Of a stretch of 64,000 nt of DNA, positions 20,232 to 30,026 are shown piece after piece. Where the stretch lies: the sequence record MT701590.1. One strand, written 5' to 3'. Source of the DNA: Klebsiella phage Miami. The notes under the pieces were generated by a model. The model made no database searches, was not told the DNA's origin, and was given only the letters and a program-made list of their open reading frames with translations. The position numbers and the translations under genes were made by a program. The first letter of the stretch is position 1. Each line of letters starts with the position of its first letter.

Positions 20232-23200
20232 ATGTTTGCAAGTAAAGACGAATTAGAACTACATCTTGCAAGAGAAAAACTTGCTATGATAGGCGCGACA
20301 GAAAGTCAGCTCCCCGAATACCTGCTCGATGACGACACAGAAGCGCTTCCCATCAGGACCCCAGAAGAGTTGCTTCTAGCCCATTATCGAGAAGATACGT
20401 TAAGCGCGATCAAAACGGTCAGGTTCTTAAAGGACTTCGAACGTTATAACGCTAAACCGGATCTGACGACGAAGAACATCTCTTTCTTAAAGGTTGCTGA
20501 AATCTTTAGACTGATGGGGATAAAGAATTACTATTTCTGCCTCCAGCTCAACAATCCGTTGCTGATAGGGGTGGATCCTTACGACCCCAACCTGACAGAT
20601 GAACAAAAATTCATGATCCTCCAGGAGTGCCGTGAAAACTTCTGGTATTTCCTCCGTGAAGTACTTCATCTGAGCGGTGGTATTCAGTTCCAGGCAAACA
20701 GAGCAAACATCTGTTTCTTATGGTGTTATTTGTGCCACGTCAACACCATGCTAATCATTCCAAGGCAATTCGGGAAAAATTCTAAATTAGATTCTCTTGT
20801 AAAAATACCCAATGGCTGGAAGAAAATGGGGGATATGCGCAAGGGTGACGTAGTATCCACTCCTGATGGTAAAACGGCTAAAGTTACTGGAGTTTATCCC
20901 CAAGGTGTCACGCCTTTATATAAAGTTACTTTTAAAGACGGAAGAGAATCTTACGTTGGGTCTGATCATTATTGGACAGTATGGGATCCGGGTAAGGGCG
21001 ATGGCGGGGTCTGGCGAACACTGACCACACTCGAGTGCCAACAACGCATGACCGAGATGAAGAAAGCGCATAACTATCTTTCCGTTCCTTTGGTTCAGCC
21101 TGATAATGATCCAGATAAGAAACTTGCCATTCATCCTTATGTTCTAGGTGTTTTACTGGGTGACGGATGCATCTCTAATAAAAGCGTTGTTGTAGCTAAA
21201 CCAGATAAAGAGATGTTCGATAAGGTTACAGGGCTCATCCCTGAGTCACTGGAAACCTCATGGGTTGATGATAAGAGCTTTATCATCAGACGTAAGCCGA
21301 CTAACATAACCCAGAACAATCAACTTAAAGATGATTTAACCAATCTCGATTTATTCGGATTGCGGTCCTGGGAGAAATTTGTTCCTACCGATTACTTAAA
21401 TGGTTCTTATCGCCAGCGTTTAGAGTTGCTACAGGGTTTACTTGATACTGATGGTCACGCAGGTACCGGTGGTAACATTGAGTACTGTACAACATCTCCT
21501 AAACTTGCTAAAGATTTCGTTTACCTCGCTCGTAGCATCGGGGCAATATGTTCTTGTAAAGAACGCCACACGTATTACACACATAATGGCGAGAGACGCC
21601 AGGGGAGATTATCTTATCGCATTAGTGTTCGACACACACAGCCTTGGGAACTCTTCACGTTAAGTCGTAAACGAGATCGTTTAGTTGACAAAACACGAGG
21701 GTTAAAATTTAACAGCCGTCTAACCATGCGTTCCATCGAGTATGTAGGGGAAGAAGAGACTCAGTGCATTGAAGTGGACCATCCTGATCATCTTTACATC
21801 ATGGATGATTTCGTCGTCACTCACAACACGGTTTCTGCCCAGAGCATTATGTTCTGGTTAACTTACCTAACCGGGCAGTCTTATGAGTCCCACTTAATCA
21901 CCCTGAAAGACGATAACCGTAGTCAGTTCGTAGAGGCGTTAAAGGGTATTCGTAACAACATCCCGAGTTACTTAACCAACGTAGGGTGGCGAGATAAGGA
22001 TAGCGGTAACTCGTTAACCTATAGTGCGTTTGGGGATGATAAGAAGAACATCTTCCGTATTAGCGTCCCGCAAATCGGTAGAGAAGCCGCTCGTAACGTT
22101 GGTCGTGGTTTGACTATCAAAACCCGTATGATCGACGAACCGGCATATATCAACTTCATGGAAGAGATACTTAACGGTGCAGGTCCTAGTACGCTAACGG
22201 CTCGTGCTAACGCCAGAAGAATAGGCGAACCCTATGGGACGGGATTCATTACCACGCCTGCGAGTAAAACGACGGCAAGCGGCGAATACATGTACAACAT
22301 GTTGATGGATGCGACCGAGTGGCGAGAAACGTTCTTCGACAGTTTTAACGAGAGTCATCTGTACCAGCGTTTGATTAAAGCGAGTCCTGTGGAGGGAATC
22401 ACCAGCCCTACAGTAGGAATGGTTTTCAACTACTTGCAGCTGGGTAGGAATAAGGACTGGGTTAAGAAAACCATAGACGAGTTAAAGTTAAGTTTAGCCG
22501 AAGCGAAGATCGACTTACTGTTAATGTGGGACGACGCAAGTAAAGGTAAACTTTTCGACGACTTAACCCGAGAAGCGTTAAACGAGGGTAAACGAGGGAT
22601 ACTCTGGAGTCAGGAAGTAGGGAGCACGGGTTTGTTTATCGACTGGTTTATTACGCCAGAAGAACACACCCGGATCATAACTGGCAACAGTCAGACCTTT
22701 TACGTCGTTGGATGCGATACCTCTGCTGCGCAAAACCGAGATGCCTGTACAGTAGTGATAAGGGATGTCATGGATGGTAAAGTCGTTGGGGTGGGTCGTT
22801 ATCCGATAGCCTACTTAATGGACGTTGGTGAGGTACTACAAACGATCCTGTTAGAGATTAAGAACAGCTTACTGATCATCGAGCGTAACTTCGCGCATCA
22901 CATGATCGACCAACTGCTCGTTAGTCTTCCTGCATTGGGGATCGATCCCTTTAAACGTATCTTTAATCAGATCATACAAGATCCGGTTAAGTACGAAAAA
23001 GAAATGATCGAGTTTAAACAACGTAATTTCGCTAACAGAGACAGTCACTTCTATCTGAGGTTCAAACACCTGTTTGGGTTCGTTACCAATGCCAAAACGC
23101 GTGACGAAGTATATAGTTTTATCCAAGAAGCGGTAGGAACCACTGGAGATAAAATTTATTATACTAAACTCATCGACGAACTGGTTAACCTCAAAGAGAA

Positions 23201-23630
23201 AGGCGGGAGGATCGACCACGAAAACAATAAACACGATGACCTGGTTATCGCTTGGTTGTTAGGATTCTGGTTCTTGAAACTGGGTAACAATAAAAGTGAA
23301 TACGGAATTCCTCCAGGCATTAGTTTGAGTAAAATCAGCTTAATGCGTGTTGGGGACGATAAGAATGAGGAAACCAACAGTGCGCACAATGAAGCGATGG
23401 TTGCACTTTATCGTCGTAAAGTTGAAGAGCTGAGTGACAGACTTATTAAAACCACCGACAATACCGTAGCTCAAAGGATAGAGTACATGATTGACAAACT
23501 CAGCAGCATGATCCCTCAGGATAAGCGTAAGAGTTTGACCATCGATGAAATCGTTAGGAAAGCCAAGGAGGAAAGAAGTCGTCGAGTATTGGAAGCACGT
23601 AAGTTACGCAGTCGTTACGCATACATGTAA
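20232..23630 (+). CDS. terL: terminase large subunit, interrupted by an intein
   Basis: P-loop RQFGK(N) is split by the intein and rejoins TVSAQSIMFW (compare T4 gp17 RQLGKTTVVAIF). C-terminal RNase-H-like nuclease region VVGCDTSAAQNRDA. ATG at 20232 is the first ATG after the terminator; the track ORF beginning at 20067 runs through the terminator. Confidence 0.7.
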   Translation: MFASKDELELHLAREKLAMIGATESQLPEYLLDDDTEALPIRTPEELLLAHYREDTLSAIKTVRFLKDFERYNAKPDLTTKNISFLKVAEIFRLMGIKNYYFCLQLNNPLLIGVDPYDPNLTDEQKFMILQECRENFWYFLREVLHLSGGIQFQANRANICFLWCYLCHVNTMLIIPRQFGKNSKLDSLVKIPNGWKKMGDMRKGDVVSTPDGKTAKVTGVYPQGVTPLYKVTFKDGRESYVGSDHYWTVWDPGKGDGGVWRTLTTLECQQRMTEMKKAHNYLSVPLVQPDNDPDKKLAIHPYVLGVLLGDGCISNKSVVVAKPDKEMFDKVTGLIPESLETSWVDDKSFIIRRKPTNITQNNQLKDDLTNLDLFGLRSWEKFVPTDYLNGSYRQRLELLQGLLDTDGHAGTGGNIEYCTTSPKLAKDFVYLARSIGAICSCKERHTYYTHNGERRQGRLSYRISVRHTQPWELFTLSRKRDRLVDKTRGLKFNSRLTMRSIEYVGEEETQCIEVDHPDHLYIMDDFVVTHNTVSAQSIMFWLTYLTGQSYESHLITLKDDNRSQFVEALKGIRNNIPSYLTNVGWRDKDSGNSLTYSAFGDDKKNIFRISVPQIGREAARNVGRGLTIKTRMIDEPAYINFMEEILNGAGPSTLTARANARRIGEPYGTGFITTPASKTTASGEYMYNMLMDATEWRETFFDSFNESHLYQRLIKASPVEGITSPTVGMVFNYLQLGRNKDWVKKTIDELKLSLAEAKIDLLLMWDDASKGKLFDDLTREALNEGKRGILWSQEVGSTGLFIDWFITPEEHTRIITGNSQTFYVVGCDTSAAQNRDACTVVIRDVMDGKVVGVGRYPIAYLMDVGEVLQTILLEIKNSLLIIERNFAHHMIDQLLVSLPALGIDPFKRIFNQIIQDPVKYEKEMIEFKQRNFANRDSHFYLRFKHLFGFVTNAKTRDEVYSFIQEAVGTTGDKIYYTKLIDELVNLKEKGGRIDHENNKHDDLVIAWLLGFWFLKLGNNKSEYGIPPGISLSKISLMRVGDDKNEETNSAHNEAMVALYRRKVEELSDRLIKTTDNTVAQRIEYMIDKLSSMIPQDKRKSLTIDEIVRKAKEERSRRVLEARKLRSRYAYM
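20781..21827 (+). mobile_element. intein (349 aa) with a LAGLIDADG homing endonuclease domain in the terminase ATPase P-loop
   Basis: Starts SKLDSLVKIP (intein block A-like) and ends DDFVVTHN followed by Thr as +1 nucleophile. Two LAGLIDADG motifs: VLGVLLGDGCIS and LQGLLDTDGHA. Confidence 0.6.
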
Positions 23631-23691
23631 ATTTTTATAAGTCTATATTACCATGATGTAAACCTCAAATAAACTTTTAGGAGTGAACATC

Positions 23692-23907
23692 ATGAATAAA
23701 TACAACGTTACCTTTATCCGTCACGACGATACTCTGGTAGCCAACGTTCCTTGTGTCAACGAGGAAAAGGATGTGTTACTCGGAGGTGGGTTGGTCGATT
23801 CTCGTTTAGGTCATCTCGAAGTCGATATCAAAACGGGAACTCTCGTTCTCAGATCCAATTGCGCTAACGATTCACTTACGGCGGAATGTCGGCTGCATTA
23901 CATTTAA
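23692..23907 (+). CDS. small hypothetical protein (71 aa)
   Basis: GGAG RBS 9 nt upstream of ATG 23692. A CTATATTAC promoter-like motif sits at 23643-23651. Confidence 0.35.
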   Translation: MNKYNVTFIRHDDTLVANVPCVNEEKDVLLGGGLVDSRLGHLEVDIKTGTLVLRSNCANDSLTAECRLHYI

Positions 23908-23910
23908 CAT

Positions 23911-23960
23911 TATACCCCTACGGCGATTACGCCGTAGGGGTATAGTTTTTATTTAGTTTT
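23911..23960. terminator. bidirectional terminator (15-bp perfect stem)
   Basis: tatacccctacggcg atta cgccgtaggggtata then tttttatttagttttt, between convergent genes. Confidence 0.6.
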
Positions 23961-24558
23961 TAATGTAATCCACCAACGCTTCAAAATCACCGTCGTAAAA
24001 ATACGGTTTAATTTTGATTAAAGAACAAGCCGCCGACAGAGCATTTTCGTAACGATGAACGAATCGCTCAAAATACTCTCGGTTGAGAAGACGGGTTTCT
24101 TGATCATCTAAAATCGATCTGGATCCCGCTCTTTGTAAAAACGTATCGTGATCGATTTTTACAAAGATAAGTTTATCGGGGTACATTTGGGTGTTGAATA
24201 TTTTTAAAGCCTTTACGTTGCGTTCTATAACACTGTAAAGACCTATTCGACCATTACCCTGATAAACCGCAGTAGAAATAAAACAGCGATCGGAGATAAC
24301 TGTCTTCCCTTGATTTAAAGCAGGAACAACAACTTTATCTCCTAACTCTATTCGCTGAGCAATAGCGAGATAAAGTTTTGCTTCTTCACAAATCCCGTTA
24401 TCGATAATGAGATTACGGATGGTTAACAAAGAGTCCGGAGACTTAGCCGGTTCTTCCACTTGAAGAACGTCGTAATTATCGGCCTTCAATCTCTCTGTTA
24501 ACTGTTTAGTTAATGTTGACTTACCCGCTAAGTCCATGCCTTCGAGAACAATGTACAT
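23953..24558 (-). CDS. tmk: thymidylate (dTMP) kinase
   Basis: P-loop IVLEGMDLAGKST and DRY-type motif ISDRCFISTAVYQG. 201 aa. Confidence 0.8.
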   Translation of the reverse strand: MYIVLEGMDLAGKSTLTKQLTERLKADNYDVLQVEEPAKSPDSLLTIRNLIIDNGICEEAKLYLAIAQRIELGDKVVVPALNQGKTVISDRCFISTAVYQGNGRIGLYSVIERNVKALKIFNTQMYPDKLIFVKIDHDTFLQRAGSRSILDDQETRLLNREYFERFVHRYENALSAACSLIKIKPYFYDGDFEALVDYIKN

Positions 24559-24628
24559 AGTGAATTTCTCCTGTAGATTTTTATCACTATAACTTATTTA
24601 TAACCGTTTTAATTTAGGAGTTAGTATC

Positions 24629-24994
24629 ATGACCGAAGAAGAGTTTGATGATGAAGTCGAACAAACAGCGAATCTTCATAACCTCACAATTCCTTATGCC
24701 GAATATATCGTTATTAAAAAACTAGTTGGCCCTGAGTTAACATTTGGATTACTTCAGCATCTCGAACATCGGAACGTCCTTCACACCAAAGAAATAAAAA
24801 GTTTAAAATTATACATCTTCGATTATTACAACAATCTTAAACCGGGGATGGTTTTCGCTTATAATCAAGAAGAAGCGATCGCCATGATCAAAGAAGCGGG
24901 AATTACGGGTCAACCAGATAAGTTCTATTCTTCGGTTAAAGAGATTGAAATTCCTGTCGATCCTATTTATATTCGTTACGCCGCTGGAGAATAA
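24629..24994 (+). CDS. hypothetical protein (121 aa)
   Basis: ORF with AGGAG RBS. Confidence 0.45.
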   Translation: MTEEEFDDEVEQTANLHNLTIPYAEYIVIKKLVGPELTFGLLQHLEHRNVLHTKEIKSLKLYIFDYYNNLKPGMVFAYNQEEAIAMIKEAGITGQPDKFYSSVKEIEIPVDPIYIRYAAGE

Positions 24995-24997
24995 ATA

Positions 24998-25444
24998 ATG
25001 TCCAATTCACAATATTCCATTTATGGTTTAAATAATATCTCCGGTGGTATTCGACGCGGAGAAACGATGGTGATAGGGGTACATACATCGTCTAAAACTT
25101 CCATGCTGAATCAGGTCATTGACGACATCATTCTGAATTGTGGATCAAATAATGTCATGTCGGATGAAGAGGCTTTAACCCAGATCGATAAGCTGAAGAA
25201 ATTTATTGCTCTTAAGCCTGTTGATTTTGTTAGCGTTACCGCGCTCAATCTTTGCGTTCAACGTAGTGACAGCACCGATGTACTGATCAGTTTTAAGAAA
25301 ATGATTGAGTCAGGCAATAGTGTTCGGGTAGACGTTATTAAGTCAAGACACGAAGTGGGTTCCGATGAGGACGCCCCTGAAATTTTTCCTCCTCACCCAG
25401 GGTGTAAACCGTTGGTCTTAATGGATCCAGAATCCGGAGAATAA
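24998..25444 (+). CDS. small RecA/DnaB-superfamily-like protein with degenerate Walker A
   Basis: GLNNISGGIRRGETMVIGVHTSSKTSML resembles the G..GG.RRGEL..I.G..GKT pattern of DnaB/RadA/KaiC but lacks the P-loop glycines; only 148 aa. Confidence 0.4.
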   Translation: MSNSQYSIYGLNNISGGIRRGETMVIGVHTSSKTSMLNQVIDDIILNCGSNNVMSDEEALTQIDKLKKFIALKPVDFVSVTALNLCVQRSDSTDVLISFKKMIESGNSVRVDVIKSRHEVGSDEDAPEIFPPHPGCKPLVLMDPESGE

Positions 25445-25447
25445 AAA

Positions 25448-26398
25448 ATGGAAAAGAAAAAAGAACCGTCTTTATCTGAATCAGACTCGTCTAAAAATAT
25501 GCTAAGAACCCCGTTTGATCTTGTTGACGATTATCAAGAAAATCAAAAGGGTGTTATCGATACAAACCCCCCAAAACTTATTCCTCGGATTACTGGTGTC
25601 AGATGTTCCCTTTTTAGAAGAGAGGATCTTGTTAAAGCCATGCGGGTCATCTCATCGCCTTTCAGGCCAGCAGAGTCGTCAGAGAACGATGCCGCGCAAC
25701 AGCAACAAAGAATTGAAATTCTGGCTAAAAAGATAGCGGGGACATTTGATTGTTCTAGGGAGCAAGCCGAACGGATTGTAAGAGGAGCGCTAGTCCAAAA
25801 AGGTATTAATGAAGCACTTGACAATATGTTTGATAATCTTAGTGAGTTTCAGGAAATTGGTGAAATAAAAGACGGGCGCCTTACGCTGATTCCATCTAAT
25901 GAAAAGGGCGTGATTAAACTCGCCTTACCTAACGATCAACTCCCTACAGATGTGCTTGGTCAGAAACCAGATTTGGCATGGGATGGAGAACCGGCTTTTA
26001 GAAGAGAAGATTTGTTTAAAGATATTCCTGATGTTGACCTAGAAGAGGCGTATCCGGGTACCCGTAAAACAAATCCTGAACTATACCGGACTTCACCTTA
26101 TCCGACTCCCGAAGAGATGATTACTTCTCAGAACATCGGGATGGGTAAGTTGGTACACGTTACCGACAAATGGTTCTTCTATCGTCATCACCAATTCCAC
26201 AACATTCATCACAAACGTCGTAGAGCACACTTCGATGAAATCAGTCTTATGCTGATGCGTTTTAACTGGGCTCGGCACAAAGAAGAGCTGCATAAGAAGA
26301 AATATCATATCTTCGATAAGACCCCTCGGGCTAAGGCTGAACGTTTAGCACTTAAACGTTCGAGAGAAAAGATTAAATCGACTTTGATGATTAGCTGA
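25448..26398 (+). CDS. hypothetical protein (316 aa)
   Basis: ORF. Confidence 0.5.
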   Translation: MEKKKEPSLSESDSSKNMLRTPFDLVDDYQENQKGVIDTNPPKLIPRITGVRCSLFRREDLVKAMRVISSPFRPAESSENDAAQQQQRIEILAKKIAGTFDCSREQAERIVRGALVQKGINEALDNMFDNLSEFQEIGEIKDGRLTLIPSNEKGVIKLALPNDQLPTDVLGQKPDLAWDGEPAFRREDLFKDIPDVDLEEAYPGTRKTNPELYRTSPYPTPEEMITSQNIGMGKLVHVTDKWFFYRHHQFHNIHHKRRRAHFDEISLMLMRFNWARHKEELHKKKYHIFDKTPRAKAERLALKRSREKIKSTLMIS

Positions 26399-26406
26399 GG
26401 TTAGAC

Positions 26407-26706
26407 ATGGAGATTCCATTAGTAAGTTCAGGAATCGGGATACACGACAAGTATTACGAGATAATCAGATATGGTTTTAACGAGTGCTTAAACGGCTTGG
26501 ACGATGAAAACAACCAAGCTAGCTACAAAGATTATCACGGCAATATTTTTACGGTATGTCGACTAAAACCTAATGATGGGTCTATTCCTATTTATTCTTT
26601 CCGGGTAGGGGAGCGGACCCTGTTAACAGGGGTAACTGATCCGAGTACGGTTGACCTGACGGAATACCGTAATCTTTTTAGGTTTATTAAAATCAAAGGT
26701 TATTGA
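26407..26706 (+). CDS. hypothetical protein (99 aa)
   Basis: ORF. Confidence 0.4.
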   Translation: MEIPLVSSGIGIHDKYYEIIRYGFNECLNGLDDENNQASYKDYHGNIFTVCRLKPNDGSIPIYSFRVGERTLLTGVTDPSTVDLTEYRNLFRFIKIKGY

Positions 26707-26708
26707 CG

Positions 26709-27140
26709 ATGAATGAACAAACCACTTATAAATCAGGTTATCTCCCCATCCAACTCGAAGGGTGTTCTAAAGAACAACTCATCGACATCAACGACCAGTT
26801 ATTCAGCAGGCTTAAAGAACTTCGTAAAACCTATCTTCCGGGAGATTACGAAATCACCCTCATCACCGATATTCTGAAAGGCAAGGAGCCCGAAAAGAAT
26901 AGTTTCTTTTACAGTCTGACCTGTGTCAGGAATAACTGCTTAATGGAAAACCCTGTTTCAGAACTTAAAATCAAATTAAATTCTGTGGCGATTTTCCCTT
27001 ACTCTTGGGTTATCAGGGGTCATAAAGCCAGAAACGATAAAGATCCCGAAATTAAAAGATTGAAGAAACACCTCTTTCGGATTTATAAACACAATCTTCA
27101 TAAGCGGTCTAAATTCCATAAATTAAGGAAAGGTCAATGA
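26709..27140 (+). CDS. hypothetical protein with basic C-terminus
   Basis: ATG at 26709; the track start at 26703 is a TTG. Confidence 0.45.
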   Translation: MNEQTTYKSGYLPIQLEGCSKEQLIDINDQLFSRLKELRKTYLPGDYEITLITDILKGKEPEKNSFFYSLTCVRNNCLMENPVSELKIKLNSVAIFPYSWVIRGHKARNDKDPEIKRLKKHLFRIYKHNLHKRSKFHKLRKGQ

Positions 27141-27457
27141 GATCTTTTAAGCAACCCTTTACGATACATCGATACCCTAGTGTCGATAAGTTAATAAAGG
27201 AACCCGGGAACAAATCTCTGTTGTTATTGAGCTTCTTCAACTTAGAGATCAAAATCAAGAACGCAGAGCTTAGGGCTGTTAACAATCCATTTCCAGGAGA
27301 TGTGTTCTTTACTGAGGAAGTCGGTGACGATAAAATTCTCTTAGTTGTCCGGTTTAACCTCGGTACCGGGGAACGTTACTACCAACTCAATAATCTGGAA
27401 TGGGTTGTTTGCACTAACTCTCTCACCGTGAGAGAACTCACTTTACTTTTAGGATAA
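27137..27457 (+). CDS. hypothetical protein (106 aa)
   Basis: ORF with ATGA overlap to the upstream gene. Confidence 0.4.
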   Translation: MRSFKQPFTIHRYPSVDKLIKEPGNKSLLLLSFFNLEIKIKNAELRAVNNPFPGDVFFTEEVGDDKILLVVRFNLGTGERYYQLNNLEWVVCTNSLTVRELTLLLG

Positions 27458-27462
27458 TCATT

Positions 27463-27969
27463 ATGAACAATATTAAAGTTATCGGTCAAACAGAACAACG
27501 CGTCATCGACAAAGCACGCGCCTACAATAACCTCGTCAATGAAACCGATTTCGGAGACGGTAAAATCAAAACGGTTAACGAAGCTATCGTGCAGTGTCTG
27601 CTCTGTGAAGCAGAGGAGCTCGGTTTAGATATCGATCAAGAGCCGTTTGCTTCTCTGGGGAATCGCCAATTCACATTCTACCGCGTCCCGGAAGACGCTC
27701 ATCTCATTCCATGGCACAACCATGTTTTCAACATCTGTCAAGTGGAAGACAAACTTCAGGCGCTTGGCGCCAAAATCGTCGCGATGAGATTGAACGAGTT
27801 TGACTATCAGATAGACGTTGATCCGGAACGAGGAACTCGGACCTACTACCTTAACGGTCAACGTATTTGCGATTGCACCGGTACTCCGACGTTACAAGAT
27901 TTCAAAGATCTCTTCTCCGAAGAACGTCGTCGTTATTTCCAACAATTAGAGCAGACCCTTCGGGGTTAG
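27463..27969 (+). CDS. hypothetical protein (168 aa)
   Basis: ORF. Confidence 0.5.
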   Translation: MNNIKVIGQTEQRVIDKARAYNNLVNETDFGDGKIKTVNEAIVQCLLCEAEELGLDIDQEPFASLGNRQFTFYRVPEDAHLIPWHNHVFNICQVEDKLQALGAKIVAMRLNEFDYQIDVDPERGTRTYYLNGQRICDCTGTPTLQDFKDLFSEERRRYFQQLEQTLRG

Positions 27970-27977
27970 GAGTGAAC

Positions 27978-28469
27978 ATGGATAAGAAAGGCCAAGGTTC
28001 TCTTTACGGCAAAATTATTTGTACTGGTTTCAATATCGATAAAGCTACAGAAGAAGGGTTTGATCTCCTCAGTCTCGTATGGGGAAGAACACCCGGTGAA
28101 CTTTCGAACTCTGAAATACCTGGGGTGTATTTAGAACCATTCTCGCTCAAAGTAGAGAGAGTGGAACTGAAGGTGGCCGAAGAAATAATTAGCGCAGGAT
28201 GTACGGTAAACTATTCTGGTATAGCGGAAGATCACAAAAGCCACGTTTATCACGTCCGAGCGGAGACCTATGGAAGGGGACATTGTCACTTCGGATTAAT
28301 TTATAATCACGAAACTGAGAAACTCCATTTCATTGAACGCGGCGATGTCGACGTCAAAGAAAGCGATGGGTTTCAACAAGCCACTGTTGAAAAACTCATA
28401 CTTTCCTACGACGTGGTAAAATTCGAAGGTAGTCCGCAAGAATATATCGAATTTATGAAAACTCGTTAA
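27978..28469 (+). CDS. hypothetical protein (163 aa)
   Basis: ATG at 27978 after a GGAG RBS; the longer track ORF overlaps the upstream gene. Confidence 0.45.
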   Translation: MDKKGQGSLYGKIICTGFNIDKATEEGFDLLSLVWGRTPGELSNSEIPGVYLEPFSLKVERVELKVAEEIISAGCTVNYSGIAEDHKSHVYHVRAETYGRGHCHFGLIYNHETEKLHFIERGDVDVKESDGFQQATVEKLILSYDVVKFEGSPQEYIEFMKTR

Positions 28470-28476
28470 AACCAAC

Positions 28477-28526
28477 TATACTCTCCTCCCCGATAAGGGG
28501 AGGAGAGTATAACTTATTTTTTTTTT
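28477..28526. terminator. bidirectional terminator
   Basis: tatactctcctcccc gataa ggggaggagagtata then tttttttttt, between convergent genes. Confidence 0.6.
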
Positions 28527-28527
28527 C

Positions 28528-30018
28528 TTACCGGTAGGCGTCTTTAGTCAGCGTTCGTAAAACAATATACAACATCAGACTCGTTCTTAATGAACTTACT
28601 GTAATTCGGGTTTTTATCCCCGTCAGTTGTCTGACAATGTCATCGCCTTCATCTCGCATCTTAAAGACACTTTGGTTCTGACTGCGGCTACTGAGATACG
28701 CACCCCGCATTCGACGTAACACCTCTCTCAGGTCGTTAGCCCGAATACCGTTTTCCGTTAAGTATTCGAACAGGTGGGTGGTAACTTCGTCGACGAACTC
28801 TCTGTACTTAGCTCCCTTCGGCGAGTTATACTGATCGGGGAATACCCGGATAATTCGCTCCAGCTTATCCCTGGGAGAGTTGTCAATGGCTTCCGCGGCG
28901 TAACCTACCAGCTCGTCCTTGTAAAAGCCTGCAGAAGAACTGAGGACGTTTTGGATGTAGTTTTTATACTGGGTAACGTTCTTCGTCACCTCTCGTACAC
29001 TTACTCCGTCTTCCAGCGTGACCATCCCGCCGTCCAATCTGACGATATTGGTTTTCGATTTCACTTCATGGAAAACTTTGTTAATGTCGTTGATCACGCC
29101 TCTGAGTCGATCCTGGATATCACCGACCATGTAAATGATTTTCTTATCATCATCCATGGTGGTAAACGTTTTATAGTGAATCCCTGTTTTGGGATCTAAA
29201 ATAAACTCGGCTCTAGCTCGAATTAACGCCATCCAGCTACCGTAACGTTTGATATCATAACGCATACTTAAACGGTTATAGGTTTCCATGGCGATCTCTT
29301 TCTTCGCCAGGTACTTATAATCGTTCGCCATAATACTCGTCAAACATTTGTAATGGTACATCGCTAAGATGTTAACCATCGCATTATGTTTAACACGATC
29401 ATGGAGATCGCTATGAAACGTCCGGTACAGCAGGTAAACGATGCTTAGGTTAAATACGTCACCGGTCACTTTCCAGGTCGCATTGATCAGTTTACAGGCG
29501 TGGAGGTTTTCTCGTAATTCTTCTTCGTCGACATCGAAGATTTCAGTGAACCAGCGGTTTCTGTCTTCTGATGTGAAAACGATTCGGTGGATGCCCAAAT
29601 AGGGATTTCCGAAGAATTCCACGTACTGTTCGTTCTTGGTGGTAAACCCAATGACATACCGAGTTAATCTATCGGCCCAACGGTTATCTATTTCTAAATC
29701 GTGTCCGAAGGCGTTAAACACGCCGAGTATCGCGTGATCGGTATTGAAATTGTAATTGGGTAGCAGAGCTTCAAAACCAGATATCCCAAATGTTTTTTGG
29801 AGGAGTTTTTCGATTCCCTTATCGGGAGTGATCTCTTCAAACATTTTGACTTCGGGTTCGGCGTCGTACATCCCATCTTCGACCAACATCGGATCTCCGC
29901 TTAAAATCCCACTGGGATCAAATACCGGTAATCCAGAAAGCTTATCGAACCATTGACGGTCGTCATTCTGAAAATAACTCTCAGAGCCATTGAGACGATC
30001 TGCGTATTGATTAAACAT
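28528..30018 (-). CDS. hypothetical protein (496 aa)
   Basis: Long ORF on the minus strand. Confidence 0.55.
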   Translation of the reverse strand: MFNQYADRLNGSESYFQNDDRQWFDKLSGLPVFDPSGILSGDPMLVEDGMYDAEPEVKMFEEITPDKGIEKLLQKTFGISGFEALLPNYNFNTDHAILGVFNAFGHDLEIDNRWADRLTRYVIGFTTKNEQYVEFFGNPYLGIHRIVFTSEDRNRWFTEIFDVDEEELRENLHACKLINATWKVTGDVFNLSIVYLLYRTFHSDLHDRVKHNAMVNILAMYHYKCLTSIMANDYKYLAKKEIAMETYNRLSMRYDIKRYGSWMALIRARAEFILDPKTGIHYKTFTTMDDDKKIIYMVGDIQDRLRGVINDINKVFHEVKSKTNIVRLDGGMVTLEDGVSVREVTKNVTQYKNYIQNVLSSSAGFYKDELVGYAAEAIDNSPRDKLERIIRVFPDQYNSPKGAKYREFVDEVTTHLFEYLTENGIRANDLREVLRRMRGAYLSSRSQNQSVFKMRDEGDDIVRQLTGIKTRITVSSLRTSLMLYIVLRTLTKDAYR

Positions 30019-30026
30019 ATCGTCTC

